A DNA stretch of 64,000 bases from Candidatus Latescibacterota bacterium (GCA_963422735.1 OY730476.1:4192001-4256000), one strand, 5' to 3'. Shown: positions 28,869 to 38,645, numbered from the stretch's first letter. Program-made: numbers and translations. Notes: a model not told the origin generated them from the letters alone.

Positions 28869-29452
28869 ATGGGCGCAAGTTCTATGTGCGACCTACGCCT
28901 TTTTATAAATAGCTTGTACCCCGGTATTAACTCGGTTGCGCTGAGTGCATCTCCCCCTCTAACAGGCCATTAAGTTCTTGGAAGAGACCGCTGCGAGATT
29001 CCTGCATATTTCTGAGTTTTTCGAGTTCCTCATTTATCTCCGCAATTTATCGCAATGGAGTCCAACTGCGTGGGCGGCTTCATCAAATCCCGCCCGCACA
29101 GCCACCCGGCTATCGCGTAAATCCTGTTCCAGCTTGGGCGCATCAGTCGAGGTACGTCGAAAGTTCGCCCAACATAGGAACCTCCTCTGCTTTACTGACG
29201 AGCAGGTCGTCCCCTGTCTCTTTGCCTATAGCTACAAGCGAGATCATAGGACAGTGCCCTTCGGCGAACGCTCTCATAGATCGCTAGGGCTAATTGAGTA
29301 CTAAGTGGAGTTCTTCGGGATCTCAGGTACTGCTGCCATGAAGCTCCTCAAGTGCTTGGCCAATGACACCGCTCCACCGCTCATGGCGTGTCCACGCGGA
29401 AAAGGGAATAAACTCAAGGATTGCCACGGTCCAAAGCTCGACGGACTCAGTT
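28869..29452 (+). pseudogene. Decayed prokaryotic E2-like protein with C-terminal SEC-C motif (CBASS type II-short E2-like)
   Basis: LYPG..., VVPCLFAYSYK...PFGERSH..LGLIEY* then CPRGKGNKLKDCHG; internal stops; lower GC. Confidence 0.5.
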
Positions 29453-29455
29453 TGA

Positions 29456-29624
29456 TCAGTGGCCAGGGGTCAGGGGTCAGGGGTCAGTCCCATCCGCCCC
29501 CTTGGCGGCGGGTCCCGGAACATCGACGCGGGGGACCGCGCTGGCCCGGACGAGGGCGACGGGCCAGCCGAGTGAGACCGCCTACATGAAACCGGAATCC
29601 CCAACCGCACACTAGGAAATTCCG
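29456..29624 (-). repeat. Dispersed structured non-coding element, copy A, with (T/C)CAG(G/T)GG heptamer array
   Basis: High identity to 61215-61404; heptamer units at 29456-29490. Confidence 0.8.
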
Positions 29625-29718
29625 AAAAATTCTACTAGGAGACGTGTCAAAAGACGGAAGAGAGACCGCCGCTAAACAACGTCATAAGAGCAATTCCGTT
29701 ACAGACTTTTGGGGGTTA

Positions 29719-29745
29719 TAGGGCGTCCACAAGGGGACGCCCTAC
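29719..29745 (-). repeat. GTAG-type REP-like palindrome
   Basis: Minus strand GTAGGGCGTCC-ccttgt-GGACGCCCTA. Confidence 0.55.
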
Positions 29746-29773
29746 GGAATGAGTGGCATCTGTGAGACAGTTT

Positions 29774-30781
29774 CTACCCGATCTTCACCGTCCGCTGCCC
29801 CTTCCCAGCCCTCAACACAGCCGTCGCAACCTCCAAGGCGGCGATCCCATCTTCTCCAGTAACCAGAGGCTGTTCGCCATTGGCGAAGCACTTGACCACG
29901 TGTTTGTCCTGTTCGGCGAACATGTCCTTGAGCGGATAGGAGTACACCCGCTCGTGGCCCTCGCCCGTTTTGAGCGTAAAGGCACCGCTTTTTTGCGGGT
30001 TGAAGCGCGCTGGGGCCTTTTGCGCGGTCATGCCGAATTGCAGGGAACCGGCCGGGCCAATCACGTCGTTGAGGCTCGCCACGGGTGCGCCGGCGGCCAC
30101 GCCCCAAGACCAGATTAAGGTGTGCTGATCGCCGCTGGCGAAGTTGATGATGACGCTCGCGGTGTCAGTGCCGACGCTGGTGGGGTCGAATTGCACGGAA
30201 GAGGCTTGAGCCGAAGCGGCCGGGCCGAAAATCTGCAAGGCGAAATCGTAGTTGTGTACTGCGCCGTCCATCAGCGGTCCTCCGCCTTTGTTCTCATCGC
30301 GGAACCACGGGCGGCCCGGGCGACCCCCCGCAGCAAAGCGCCAGATGACCGGCTCGCCGACAGCACCGGATTGGACGATCTCTTTGAGCTTGCCCCACTG
30401 AGCGTCAAAGCGGCGCACAAAGCCAATGGTCAGCCGCACATCTCCTTGGCTGCAAGCACGCGCCATGCGCCGCGCATCAGCCACCTTCAGCGCCATGGGC
30501 TTCTCGCAGAACACGTGCTTGCCGGCTTTGGCTGCGGCAACGACCGGCGCGGGGTGCTGGAAGGTGGGGGTACAGACCCACACCGCCTCTATGTCGGGCA
30601 GGTCGAGCACCGCTCGGAAGTCCGCGAAGTGGTGTTCGGCCCCGAAGTCGCGGGCAAACGCTGCGGCCGCGTCGGCGACGACATCCGCGGCCGCGAGAAT
30701 GCGCACACCTCGGATCTGGGATAAGCATTTGGCGTGATGGCGAGCAATACCGCCGCAGCCGATAAAACCGATATTCAGCAT
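29774..30781 (-). CDS. Gfo/Idh/MocA family oxidoreductase
   Basis: IGCGGIA, CTPT..H, CEKPM, GGGPLMD..VH. Confidence 0.9.
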   Translation of the reverse strand: MLNIGFIGCGGIARHHAKCLSQIRGVRILAAADVVADAAAAFARDFGAEHHFADFRAVLDLPDIEAVWVCTPTFQHPAPVVAAAKAGKHVFCEKPMALKVADARRMARACSQGDVRLTIGFVRRFDAQWGKLKEIVQSGAVGEPVIWRFAAGGRPGRPWFRDENKGGGPLMDGAVHNYDFALQIFGPAASAQASSVQFDPTSVGTDTASVIINFASGDQHTLIWSWGVAAGAPVASLNDVIGPAGSLQFGMTAQKAPARFNPQKSGAFTLKTGEGHERVYSYPLKDMFAEQDKHVVKCFANGEQPLVTGEDGIAALEVATAVLRAGKGQRTVKIG

Positions 30782-30996
30782 GATCTTCTCCTATTGGCAC
30801 GTAGGTGGTTGCGTAAGCAAAGTAATGGCGTCTAGCGCGGTGTTTGTCAAGGTATCGCTCGCAAACCCAGAAAAGGCAACTCATTGTCAAACAAAATGTT
30901 ACAACGCCTATAACCGCTCGGCTTACCTTGACTTTTCCCTAGCCCAAGTATAGCTTCTTTAATTCTTTTTTCTATGGGAAAGGCAAGAAAAAGGTC

Positions 30997-32739
30997 GTGC
31001 AGACTTCATTTCGCACACTCGTCGCGCTGGCGTCGTTGCTCTTGGCCGCTCCCGCGCTCCGCGCACAACCCGTCATGGCGTCAAGCGAGTTGCGCCGCGG
31101 CATGAGTGGCTTTGGGCTAACGACTTTCCAAGGCACTGAGATCGACACCTTCCAAGTCGAAATTTTGGGGGTACTAAAAGGGGCCTTGGGGCCGCGCATG
31201 GACATGATTCTCGCACGGCTCTCCGGCGGCCCATTGGAGCATACGGGTCTCATCAGGGGCATGAGCGGCAGCCCGGTGTACATCGACGGGCGGCTCATCG
31301 GCGCCATCTCCTACGGTTGGTTCTTTTCCAAGGACCCCATCGGCGGTATCACCCCCATCGCCCACATGCTCGAAGTCGCCACGCGCGAACATCCCACGCC
31401 AAGCCAGTACGGAAAAGCCTTAAAACTAGATGAAGAAACCTCTCGCCTGCTCGGCGGCGAGGGCGTCAGCACCCTAGCGCCGCTGGGGATGCCCATAGCG
31501 GTTGCTGGCTTCAGTCCTAAGGGACGGCAAGTGTTAAGCGACGCGCTCGACGCGCCGGGCCTCCAGCTTTTGGACAGCCCGGCAGGGCAGGTGCTGCCCG
31601 ACCAAGAGGTGCCCTTCGCGCCTGGGGCCTCGCTAGCCGTGCAGCTAATCCGCGGCGATTACAGCGCCGCGGCGATCGGCACCCTTACTTGGGTCGGCAA
31701 TGGGCGTTTTGTCGGCTTCGGCCATCCGCTGTTTTTGCTGGGGGCCACCAATCTGCCCGCTACTGGTGCCTATATCCACCAAGTCATTCCCCTCCAGACC
31801 GCCTCCTTCAAGCTGGGGACGCCGGCCGGCGCGATGGGGGTGGTGCATCAAGACCGCCTTCCCGCGATCGCCGGGACGCTGGGCGCGACGCCGGACATGC
31901 TGCCGGTACAGGTCGCCTTGCGGTCGGCGGCTGGCGACCACGACTTCCGCTGTGAGGTGCTGCGCCACCCCGAGCTTAGCGCGTCCTTCGTCCGCTCGGT
32001 CTTGTTCAACTCTCTCGAGGCGACTGAAAAGCTCTTTGGCGACGCCACGCTGCGGGTGCGCAGCCACATTGCGCTGGCCGATGGCCGCACGGTTGAACGC
32101 GAGCAAGTGTACAGCAGTGGAGTCGCAGTGCTCAGCGCCGTGATAGACGCCGTGCAGCCGGTCAATGTGCTGCTCAGCAATCCCTTTACGGGGCTGGCTT
32201 TAGACTCACTGCATTTTGAGTTAGAGATCGGCGAAACCCTAGCGCAAGCCCGCATCACGGGCCTGCGACTGTCGCCGCCGGATCCCAAGGTTGGGCAGCG
32301 GGTTTCGCTGCAAGCGACATTGCAACCGTATCGCGCCGCGCCGGTTACAGAGCACATAGAGCTGGATTTGCCTGTGCATCTCGAACCAGGCCCCTTTGTC
32401 GTACGCATTGGTAGCGGCGTGGCGAGCAGGAGTTGGGAAGCGGCGCGGCGGCCCGATGCGTTCGTGCCGCGCAATGCCTCCGACTTGCTCGTATTGCTTG
32501 AGCGCACGGGTGCCTCCGACGAGTTGGTCGTGGAGGTCTTTCGCGCTGGTCTTGGCTTCACGGTGGAGGGGCGCGAGCTGCCCGGGTTGCCTCCCTCGGC
32601 GTTGGCCGTGCTGAGCGCGGATCGCTCGGCTGGGCATCTGGGGCCGGTGCAAGGCGAGGTCGTCCTCCGCCAGATCTTAACTACCGACTACGTTCTCTCC
32701 GGCGAGCAAAGCCTCGACATGACATTGAGAAAGCCCTGA
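30997..32739 (+). CDS. Secreted SpoIVB peptidase (S55) domain protein
   Basis: Signal peptide; GMSGSPVYIDGRLIGA, GITPI, GFGHP. Confidence 0.85.
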   Translation: MQTSFRTLVALASLLLAAPALRAQPVMASSELRRGMSGFGLTTFQGTEIDTFQVEILGVLKGALGPRMDMILARLSGGPLEHTGLIRGMSGSPVYIDGRLIGAISYGWFFSKDPIGGITPIAHMLEVATREHPTPSQYGKALKLDEETSRLLGGEGVSTLAPLGMPIAVAGFSPKGRQVLSDALDAPGLQLLDSPAGQVLPDQEVPFAPGASLAVQLIRGDYSAAAIGTLTWVGNGRFVGFGHPLFLLGATNLPATGAYIHQVIPLQTASFKLGTPAGAMGVVHQDRLPAIAGTLGATPDMLPVQVALRSAAGDHDFRCEVLRHPELSASFVRSVLFNSLEATEKLFGDATLRVRSHIALADGRTVEREQVYSSGVAVLSAVIDAVQPVNVLLSNPFTGLALDSLHFELEIGETLAQARITGLRLSPPDPKVGQRVSLQATLQPYRAAPVTEHIELDLPVHLEPGPFVVRIGSGVASRSWEAARRPDAFVPRNASDLLVLLERTGASDELVVEVFRAGLGFTVEGRELPGLPPSALAVLSADRSAGHLGPVQGEVVLRQILTTDYVLSGEQSLDMTLRKP

Positions 32740-32743
32740 TCTA

Positions 32744-34774
32744 ATGATACGCACTACAACCCGCGCCCTGTTTTCGTGTCTCTTGGTACTGTCGGCGGCT
32801 AGCGCGACCAAAGCTGGGCACGCCAAGGCTTGGCAGCAGCACGCGTACGACGATTTCGCCAAAGGCGAGAGCGAAGGCATCTCCATTGCCGCGGACGGTG
32901 CGCTGGAGCTAGCGCCCGCGCTGGTCGAGCTAGCATCCTTAGAGGCCGAGCGCGTCTGGTCCATGGCACCCAACCCCAAGGGGGGCCTCTACGTGGGCAC
33001 CGGCGACTCGGGCCGGCTCTTTGCCGTCGATGACAAGGGGCAAGCCGAGTTGTTGTTCGACTCGCCCGAACTCGTCCTCCACGCCCTGCTCACCGGCCCC
33101 GATGGGCGGCTCTATGCTGGCTCGGCCCCCGACGGCCTAATCTACGCGCTCGACGCCAAGGGGCAGGCGGAAACCCTGCTCCAGACCGGCAGCCACTACG
33201 TGTGGGATTTCGCCCTAGTCGACGGCCAGCTCTACGCAGCCACGGGCGAACCCGGCCAAGTACTCAAAATCGCCAAAGATGGGTCGCACGAAGTCTTCTT
33301 TGCACCAGAAGATCGCCACGTTATAACCCTGCTCGCCCACGGCGACCGCTTGTACGCCGGCACGGCCAGCAAGGGCCGCATCTACGAGATTGACGGCGAG
33401 GGGCGCGGGCGTTTGCTCTTTGAAAGCGAGCAAGAAGAAATTCACAACCTAGTGGCAGGCCCCAACGGGGAAATTTTCGCCAGTGCGATTCCCGCGCCGA
33501 GCAAGAACGAAAATTCCCACAAGATCCCGGCGGCCGTGTACCGAATCGGAGTGGAGGGAGCGGTTTATCCCATCTGGGAGGATACCGAAACCCAGTTCGT
33601 CAATCTCGTTGCGGCCGGCGAACGCCTGATGCTTAGCACCTCTAACCCGGCGCGGCTTTTGCGCCTCAGTGCCGATGGCCGCCGTGCGTTGGTTGTGCAA
33701 TTTGAGAGCTTCGTTCCAAGCCACCTCTTCTTCGGGCCAAGCGGTGCGCTTCACTTGGGCGGGTCGCAAAAGGCCGCTGTCTCCATCCTGCCCGGGAAGG
33801 GTCGCCGCAAGGGGCACTTTGAATCAGCGGTCGAGGACTTTGCCATCCACGCGCGGTGGGGTGCGCTCGAATGGCGCGGTATCCAACCGGCAGACACCCG
33901 CCTAGCCGTGCAGACGCGCACCGGCAACAGCGAGGAGCCAGACAAAACTTGGAGCGCGTGGTCCGAGCCGTTGACCGAGAGCGGCCAAACCATCGCCAGC
34001 CCCCCCGCCCGCTTTATCCAGTACCGGGTCGAGATGGAATCCACGCACGAGGGGACCACGCCCCGGCTCAGCTCGATCGAAATCCGCGGCGTCCAAGTCA
34101 ACCTCAAACCCCGCATTACCGAGTTGCAAACCTTTCCCTTCCGGCCGCAACAATCCGGCAACGGCGGCCAACCCCAAGGCGCACCTCAAGCTGGCCAAGG
34201 ACGGCTCAACAATCGCCCACCTCATGCCAAGAGCCTGCGCCTAGTGCGCTGGCAAGCTCAAGACCCCAACGAGGACGGGCTGGTTTACGACCTCTATCTC
34301 AAGGGCGAGGATCAGCGAGCGTGGAAGCTGGTTGAAGAAAACATCGCGCAAACCTCGATCGTCTGGGATACCGAATCCATGCCCGAAGGTCAGACCCAGC
34401 TCAAACTGGTGGCCTCCGATCGCATGGATAATCCAGCGGCCGAACGCCTGCGCGACGAGCGCGAAAGCGCGCCTTTCGCCATCGATAACAGCCCGCCAGC
34501 CATTGAACTCAACGCGCAGACCAGTGCCGATGGTGCCGTCGTCGAAGTGGCGATTAGCGACCGCATCTCAGCGGTGCAAAAAGCCTATTACACCATAGAT
34601 TACGACGAGCAACAATATCCCATTGCGCCGTTGGACGGCGTCTTTGACAGCCGCGGCGAAAAGGCGCGCTTTGCCATCGAAGGGCTGGAGTCGGGCGAGC
34701 ACGTCATTGTCGTGCGGGCCATCGACGCCCTCGACAACATCGGCGTGCGGCAAATCGTCATCCAAGTCAAGTGA
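32744..34774 (+). CDS. Secreted beta-propeller + Ig/FN3-like protein
   Basis: Signal peptide; repeated LYVGTG/LYAGS/LYAAT/LYAGT blades; TRTGN...WSAWS; W.A.DPN.D.L.Y; DGVFDS. Confidence 0.8.
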   Translation: MIRTTTRALFSCLLVLSAASATKAGHAKAWQQHAYDDFAKGESEGISIAADGALELAPALVELASLEAERVWSMAPNPKGGLYVGTGDSGRLFAVDDKGQAELLFDSPELVLHALLTGPDGRLYAGSAPDGLIYALDAKGQAETLLQTGSHYVWDFALVDGQLYAATGEPGQVLKIAKDGSHEVFFAPEDRHVITLLAHGDRLYAGTASKGRIYEIDGEGRGRLLFESEQEEIHNLVAGPNGEIFASAIPAPSKNENSHKIPAAVYRIGVEGAVYPIWEDTETQFVNLVAAGERLMLSTSNPARLLRLSADGRRALVVQFESFVPSHLFFGPSGALHLGGSQKAAVSILPGKGRRKGHFESAVEDFAIHARWGALEWRGIQPADTRLAVQTRTGNSEEPDKTWSAWSEPLTESGQTIASPPARFIQYRVEMESTHEGTTPRLSSIEIRGVQVNLKPRITELQTFPFRPQQSGNGGQPQGAPQAGQGRLNNRPPHAKSLRLVRWQAQDPNEDGLVYDLYLKGEDQRAWKLVEENIAQTSIVWDTESMPEGQTQLKLVASDRMDNPAAERLRDERESAPFAIDNSPPAIELNAQTSADGAVVEVAISDRISAVQKAYYTIDYDEQQYPIAPLDGVFDSRGEKARFAIEGLESGEHVIVVRAIDALDNIGVRQIVIQVK

Positions 34775-35868
34775 ATAAGCCCGCGCAATACATGCGCCGC
34801 GCCCTGCGGTTAGCGCAGCGAGGGCGCGGTAAGGTCAGCCCCAATCCCATGGTCGGCGCGGTTGTGGTGCGCGGGGGCTGTATCGTCGGCGAAGGGGCTC
34901 ACCTGAAGGTTGGCGGCCTCCACGCCGAGGTCCACGCCCTGCACCGAGCCGGCGACGCGGCGCAGGGGGCCGATCTCTATGTCACGCTGGAGCCTTGCTC
35001 CTTCTTTGGTCGCACCCCGCCCTGTACTGAATCCCTGCTTCGCGCCGGCATTAAAAGGCTCTACTGCGCGATGGAAGATCCCGACGAGCGCGTGGCTGGG
35101 CGGGGGATCGCCGCGCTGCGGGAAAAAGGCGTCGCCATTGACGTCGGGCTTTGCGCTGAAGAGGCGCGCCGCCTCAACGCGGCCTACATCAAACACCGTA
35201 CCCAAAACCTGCCCCTAGTCCTGCTCAAGCTGGCGCAGACCCTCGACGGTCGCATTGCGGCGCGCAGCGGCGATGCGCGTTGGATTACCGGTGCCCAAGC
35301 GCGGCGCCACGTTCATCGCTGGCGCTCTTGGGTCGATGCCGTGGCCGTAGGCGCGGGCACAGTGCAAGCCGACGATCCCCTCCTGACGGTGCGCCACGTG
35401 CCCGGGCGCGATCCGCGGCCCATCGTCATAGACGGGCGCTTGCGCACTTCGCCCGAGGCTCGCGTCTATCAGCGGTCCGGTGCCGTGCTCGTCACTGCAG
35501 AGGACGCGTCCGCCGACAAGTGCCGAGCCTACGAGGCCAAAGGTGCCGAGGTTTGGACTTTTCCGGCGTCTGCCGGGCGCATCGACTTGCGCCAGCCCCT
35601 TGGGCGGATGGCGCGAGAGGGCATGACTAGCGTCCTCATCGAAGGCGGTGGCCAGTTGGCCGCTGCCGCACTCGGTGACCGCGTCGTTGACCAAGTCCTG
35701 CTCTACCTCGCACCGCGGCTGATGGGCGAGGGAGTCGCTGCCATTGGCGACCTAGGAGTCGAACGCGCGGCCGAGGCCATTCACCTCGCGTCCAGCCGCA
35801 CCCAGCGGCTAGGTCCCGATCTGCTCTATACGGCTGAGGTACAATACACTTGTTCACCGGACTCATAG
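34771..35868 (+). CDS. ribD: Bifunctional pyrimidine deaminase/reductase
   Basis: PNPMVG, HAE, TLEPC...TPPC, TLDG, EGG. Confidence 0.95.
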   Translation: MNKPAQYMRRALRLAQRGRGKVSPNPMVGAVVVRGGCIVGEGAHLKVGGLHAEVHALHRAGDAAQGADLYVTLEPCSFFGRTPPCTESLLRAGIKRLYCAMEDPDERVAGRGIAALREKGVAIDVGLCAEEARRLNAAYIKHRTQNLPLVLLKLAQTLDGRIAARSGDARWITGAQARRHVHRWRSWVDAVAVGAGTVQADDPLLTVRHVPGRDPRPIVIDGRLRTSPEARVYQRSGAVLVTAEDASADKCRAYEAKGAEVWTFPASAGRIDLRQPLGRMAREGMTSVLIEGGGQLAAAALGDRVVDQVLLYLAPRLMGEGVAAIGDLGVERAAEAIHLASSRTQRLGPDLLYTAEVQYTCSPDS

Positions 35869-36479
35869 AAGAGCTCGGGAGCGTGCGCGGCCGCGTGCGC
35901 CGGGGTGCGTTTCAGCAGTTAGAGATCGAGGCCGAGCGCGTTCTCGCCGGCTTGCAGGTGGGGGACAGCATCAATATCAACGGAGTTTGCCAGACCGCCG
36001 TGGCCATAGGAGCGAGCGGCTTTGTGGTCGAGACGGTCGCCGAAACGCTCGCCCGCACGACCTTGGGCACCCTCGGCATCGGGCAAGCGGTCAACCTAGA
36101 GTGCGCCCTTCGCGCCGACCAGAGGCTCGGTGGCCACCTCGTCTTGGGGCACGTCGATGGCGTCGCCCACATTTGCCGGCGCACTGAGCGCGACGGGGAG
36201 CATCGCTTCGAAATCGAGCCGCCGCCCGCGCTCGCCCGCTACATCGCCGTCAAAGGCTCGGTGGCTCTCGACGGCATCAGCCTGACGGTGGCCGAGATAA
36301 GCGGCGATGCCTTTACGATTGCGGCCATACCACATACATTTGACAACACAACGCTTAGCCATCGGCGCGCCGGTGATTCTGTCAACCTCGAAGTCGATGT
36401 GATCGCCCGTTATGTCGAGCGTTTGCTCGGCGAGGAACCCCAGCTCAGCTTCGAGGATTTGCGCGATATGGGATACTGA
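35850..36479 (+). CDS. ribE: Riboflavin synthase (alpha chain)
   Basis: MFTGLIEE, GGHLVLGHVDG, KGSVALDGISLT. Confidence 0.95.
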   Translation: MFTGLIEELGSVRGRVRRGAFQQLEIEAERVLAGLQVGDSININGVCQTAVAIGASGFVVETVAETLARTTLGTLGIGQAVNLECALRADQRLGGHLVLGHVDGVAHICRRTERDGEHRFEIEPPPALARYIAVKGSVALDGISLTVAEISGDAFTIAAIPHTFDNTTLSHRRAGDSVNLEVDVIARYVERLLGEEPQLSFEDLRDMGY

Positions 36480-36482
36480 GCA

Positions 36483-37730
36483 ATGCTCGATTTCAATACC
36501 ATTGAAGAAGTCGTCGAGGACCTGCAAAACGGCCGAATGATCGTGCTCGTTGACGAGTGCGAAGCCGTGGGCGAGGGCATGCTGGTAATGCTCGCCGAGC
36601 GGGCCACTGCCGCCTCGGTCAACTTCATGACGCGCTGTGCCAGCAGTCCGCCCGTGGTCGCCGCCGCCAGGAAGCACCTCAAAGCCCTCGAACTACATAT
36701 GCAGGTCTCCAAGGCCCACGAGCCGATGGACGCCTCAATCATGGTCTCGGTCAATGCCCGCGCCATTGAGGGCACCGGCGTTTCGGCTCAGGATCGCGCC
36801 GCGACTATCTGCAAACTAACCGACCCTGACAGCGTACCAGAAGACTTCGTCCAGCCCGGGCACGTCACGCCGCTCCAAGCCCAACCGGGCGGAGTGTTGC
36901 GCCGCGCCGGCCACACCGAAGCCTCGGTCGATTTGGCGCAGATGGCCGTTTGCCAGCCCGTGGCCTTGATCGCCGCCATCCTCGACGAAGCGGGCGCGCT
37001 GGCCGACGCATCCTACTTGCTCAATTTCGCACGCGAACACGACTTCAAGATTACCACCATCCACGACCTGATTGCCCATCGCCGACGCACCGAGAAATTG
37101 ATTCATCTGGAGGCTCAGTCGCCCATGCCAACCCGCTACGGCGAATTCACGGCCTATGCGTACCGCAGCTTGGTTGACGACAACCCATACCTCGCCCTCG
37201 TGTACGGCGAGGTCTCCGACGGCCGCGACACCTTGGTGCGCATGCACTCGGGTTGTCTGACCGGCGACGCGCTTGGCTCGCTGCTGTGCGACTGCGGCGA
37301 ACAGCTAGCACAATCCATGCAGCTCATTGCCGCAGAGGGACGCGGCGTTATCGTCTATATTCAGCACCACGAAGGGCGCGGTATCGGCATCTTGCACAAG
37401 CTCAAGGCATACGAACTGCAACAGCAGCAGGGCCTCGACACCATTGAGGCCAACCACGCCCTCGGCCACCCCATGGATTCGCGCGACTACGGCATCGGTG
37501 CTCAAGTGCTCTACGATCTAGGGTTGCGCCGAGTGCGTTTTTTGACCAACAATCCCCAAAAGCGGGTCGGCTTGGAGGCCTACGGCCTGACCGTCGTCGA
37601 GCAAGTGCCCATTGAGGCCGCTCCCAACCCGCACAATATCCGCTATCTGACAACCAAGCGCGACAAGATGGGCCACGCCCTTTTGCTCAAACGCGCAGCC
37701 GAGGACGAAAACCATGCCAAGAGTGCATGA
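36483..37730 (+). CDS. ribBA: RibBA-type fusion: degenerate DHBP synthase domain + GTP cyclohydrolase II
   Basis: RAGHTEA; HSGCLTGD...CDC, EGRGIG, RDYGIGAQ, LTNNP. Confidence 0.9.
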   Translation: MLDFNTIEEVVEDLQNGRMIVLVDECEAVGEGMLVMLAERATAASVNFMTRCASSPPVVAAARKHLKALELHMQVSKAHEPMDASIMVSVNARAIEGTGVSAQDRAATICKLTDPDSVPEDFVQPGHVTPLQAQPGGVLRRAGHTEASVDLAQMAVCQPVALIAAILDEAGALADASYLLNFAREHDFKITTIHDLIAHRRRTEKLIHLEAQSPMPTRYGEFTAYAYRSLVDDNPYLALVYGEVSDGRDTLVRMHSGCLTGDALGSLLCDCGEQLAQSMQLIAAEGRGVIVYIQHHEGRGIGILHKLKAYELQQQQGLDTIEANHALGHPMDSRDYGIGAQVLYDLGLRRVRFLTNNPQKRVGLEAYGLTVVEQVPIEAAPNPHNIRYLTTKRDKMGHALLLKRAAEDENHAKSA

Positions 37731-38181
37731 AGGACAGCTCGACGCCCGAGGCCGCAAGTTTGGCATTGCGGTCAGCCGCTTCAACGACTTGGTGACCACC
37801 CGGCTCCTAGACGGCGCGTTGGACTGCATCCAGCGACACGGCGGCGACGATAGTAACATAGAGATTGCTTGGGTCCCCGGAGCCTTTGAACTGCCCATTG
37901 TCGCCAAGAAGCTAGCGAGCACGAGTCGCTTTGACGTCGTCATTTGCCTAGGGGCTATCGTCCGCAGCGACACCCCCCACTTCGATTACGTGGCCGCTGA
38001 GTCGGCCAAGGGTATTGCCCGCGTTGGTCTCGACAGCGGCATCCCGGTGATCTTTGGCGTCATCACCGCCGACACGGTCGAGCAAGCCGTGCAGCGCGCG
38101 GGCGTTAAGGCCGGCAATCGCGGCTGGGACGCCGCCCTTAACGCGGTTGAAATGGCCAGCTTGATGGCCGAGTTAGGATGA
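37714..38181 (+). CDS. ribH: 6,7-dimethyl-8-ribityllumazine synthase
   Basis: VSRFN, VPGAFELP, TPHFDYV. Confidence 0.96.
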   Translation: MPRVHEGQLDARGRKFGIAVSRFNDLVTTRLLDGALDCIQRHGGDDSNIEIAWVPGAFELPIVAKKLASTSRFDVVICLGAIVRSDTPHFDYVAAESAKGIARVGLDSGIPVIFGVITADTVEQAVQRAGVKAGNRGWDAALNAVEMASLMAELG

Positions 38182-38645
38182 GCGGCGAGGACGATTTTTT
38201 TGGCGATGAGACCTCGGCCGACGAGGCACCTCCCAACAACCGCCACGGTGCCCGCCAAGTGGCCTTGCAGGCCCTGTACTGGGAGCAGAGTGCGGCGACC
38301 GACTCACTCTGCGCTTTGGATCAGCTCTGTGCGCGCTTTGGCTTGGCACAAGAGGTGCAATCCTTTGCGACCGAACTCTTGCATTGTGCAGGTGAGCATG
38401 CGGACGAATTGGACGCGCTGGCCGCGGCCCGGGTCCAACACTGGCGCTGGGAGCGCATCGCCCGCATCGATCGCTTAATCCTGCGCTTGGCCTTGGCCGA
38501 GATGCTCTTTATTGAGGAAATTCCAGTCCGGGTCTCCATCTTTGAAGCCGTCGAATTGGCCAAATCCTACAGCACCGACAAGTCCTATGCCTTTGTCAAT
38601 GGTGTCCTCGACGGCATTGTGCACCAGAAGGGGCTCGGCGTCTGA
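38178..38645 (+). CDS. nusB: Transcription antitermination factor NusB
   Basis: ARQVALQALY, IDRLILRLA, EAVELAK, FVNGVLD. Confidence 0.93.
   Translation: MSGEDDFFGDETSADEAPPNNRHGARQVALQALYWEQSAATDSLCALDQLCARFGLAQEVQSFATELLHCAGEHADELDALAAARVQHWRWERIARIDRLILRLALAEMLFIEEIPVRVSIFEAVELAKSYSTDKSYAFVNGVLDGIVHQKGLGV

Noticed and set aside
28869-29452. Stop-codon readthrough or recoding rescuing the E2-like gene
   Set aside because: The interruptions are TAA stops plus frame changes, which indicates decay rather than selenocysteine or pyrrolysine recoding
29305-29615. ORFs running through element copy A
   Set aside because: The reading frames are not preserved in copy B because of an indel; best read as pseudogene tail plus non-coding repeat
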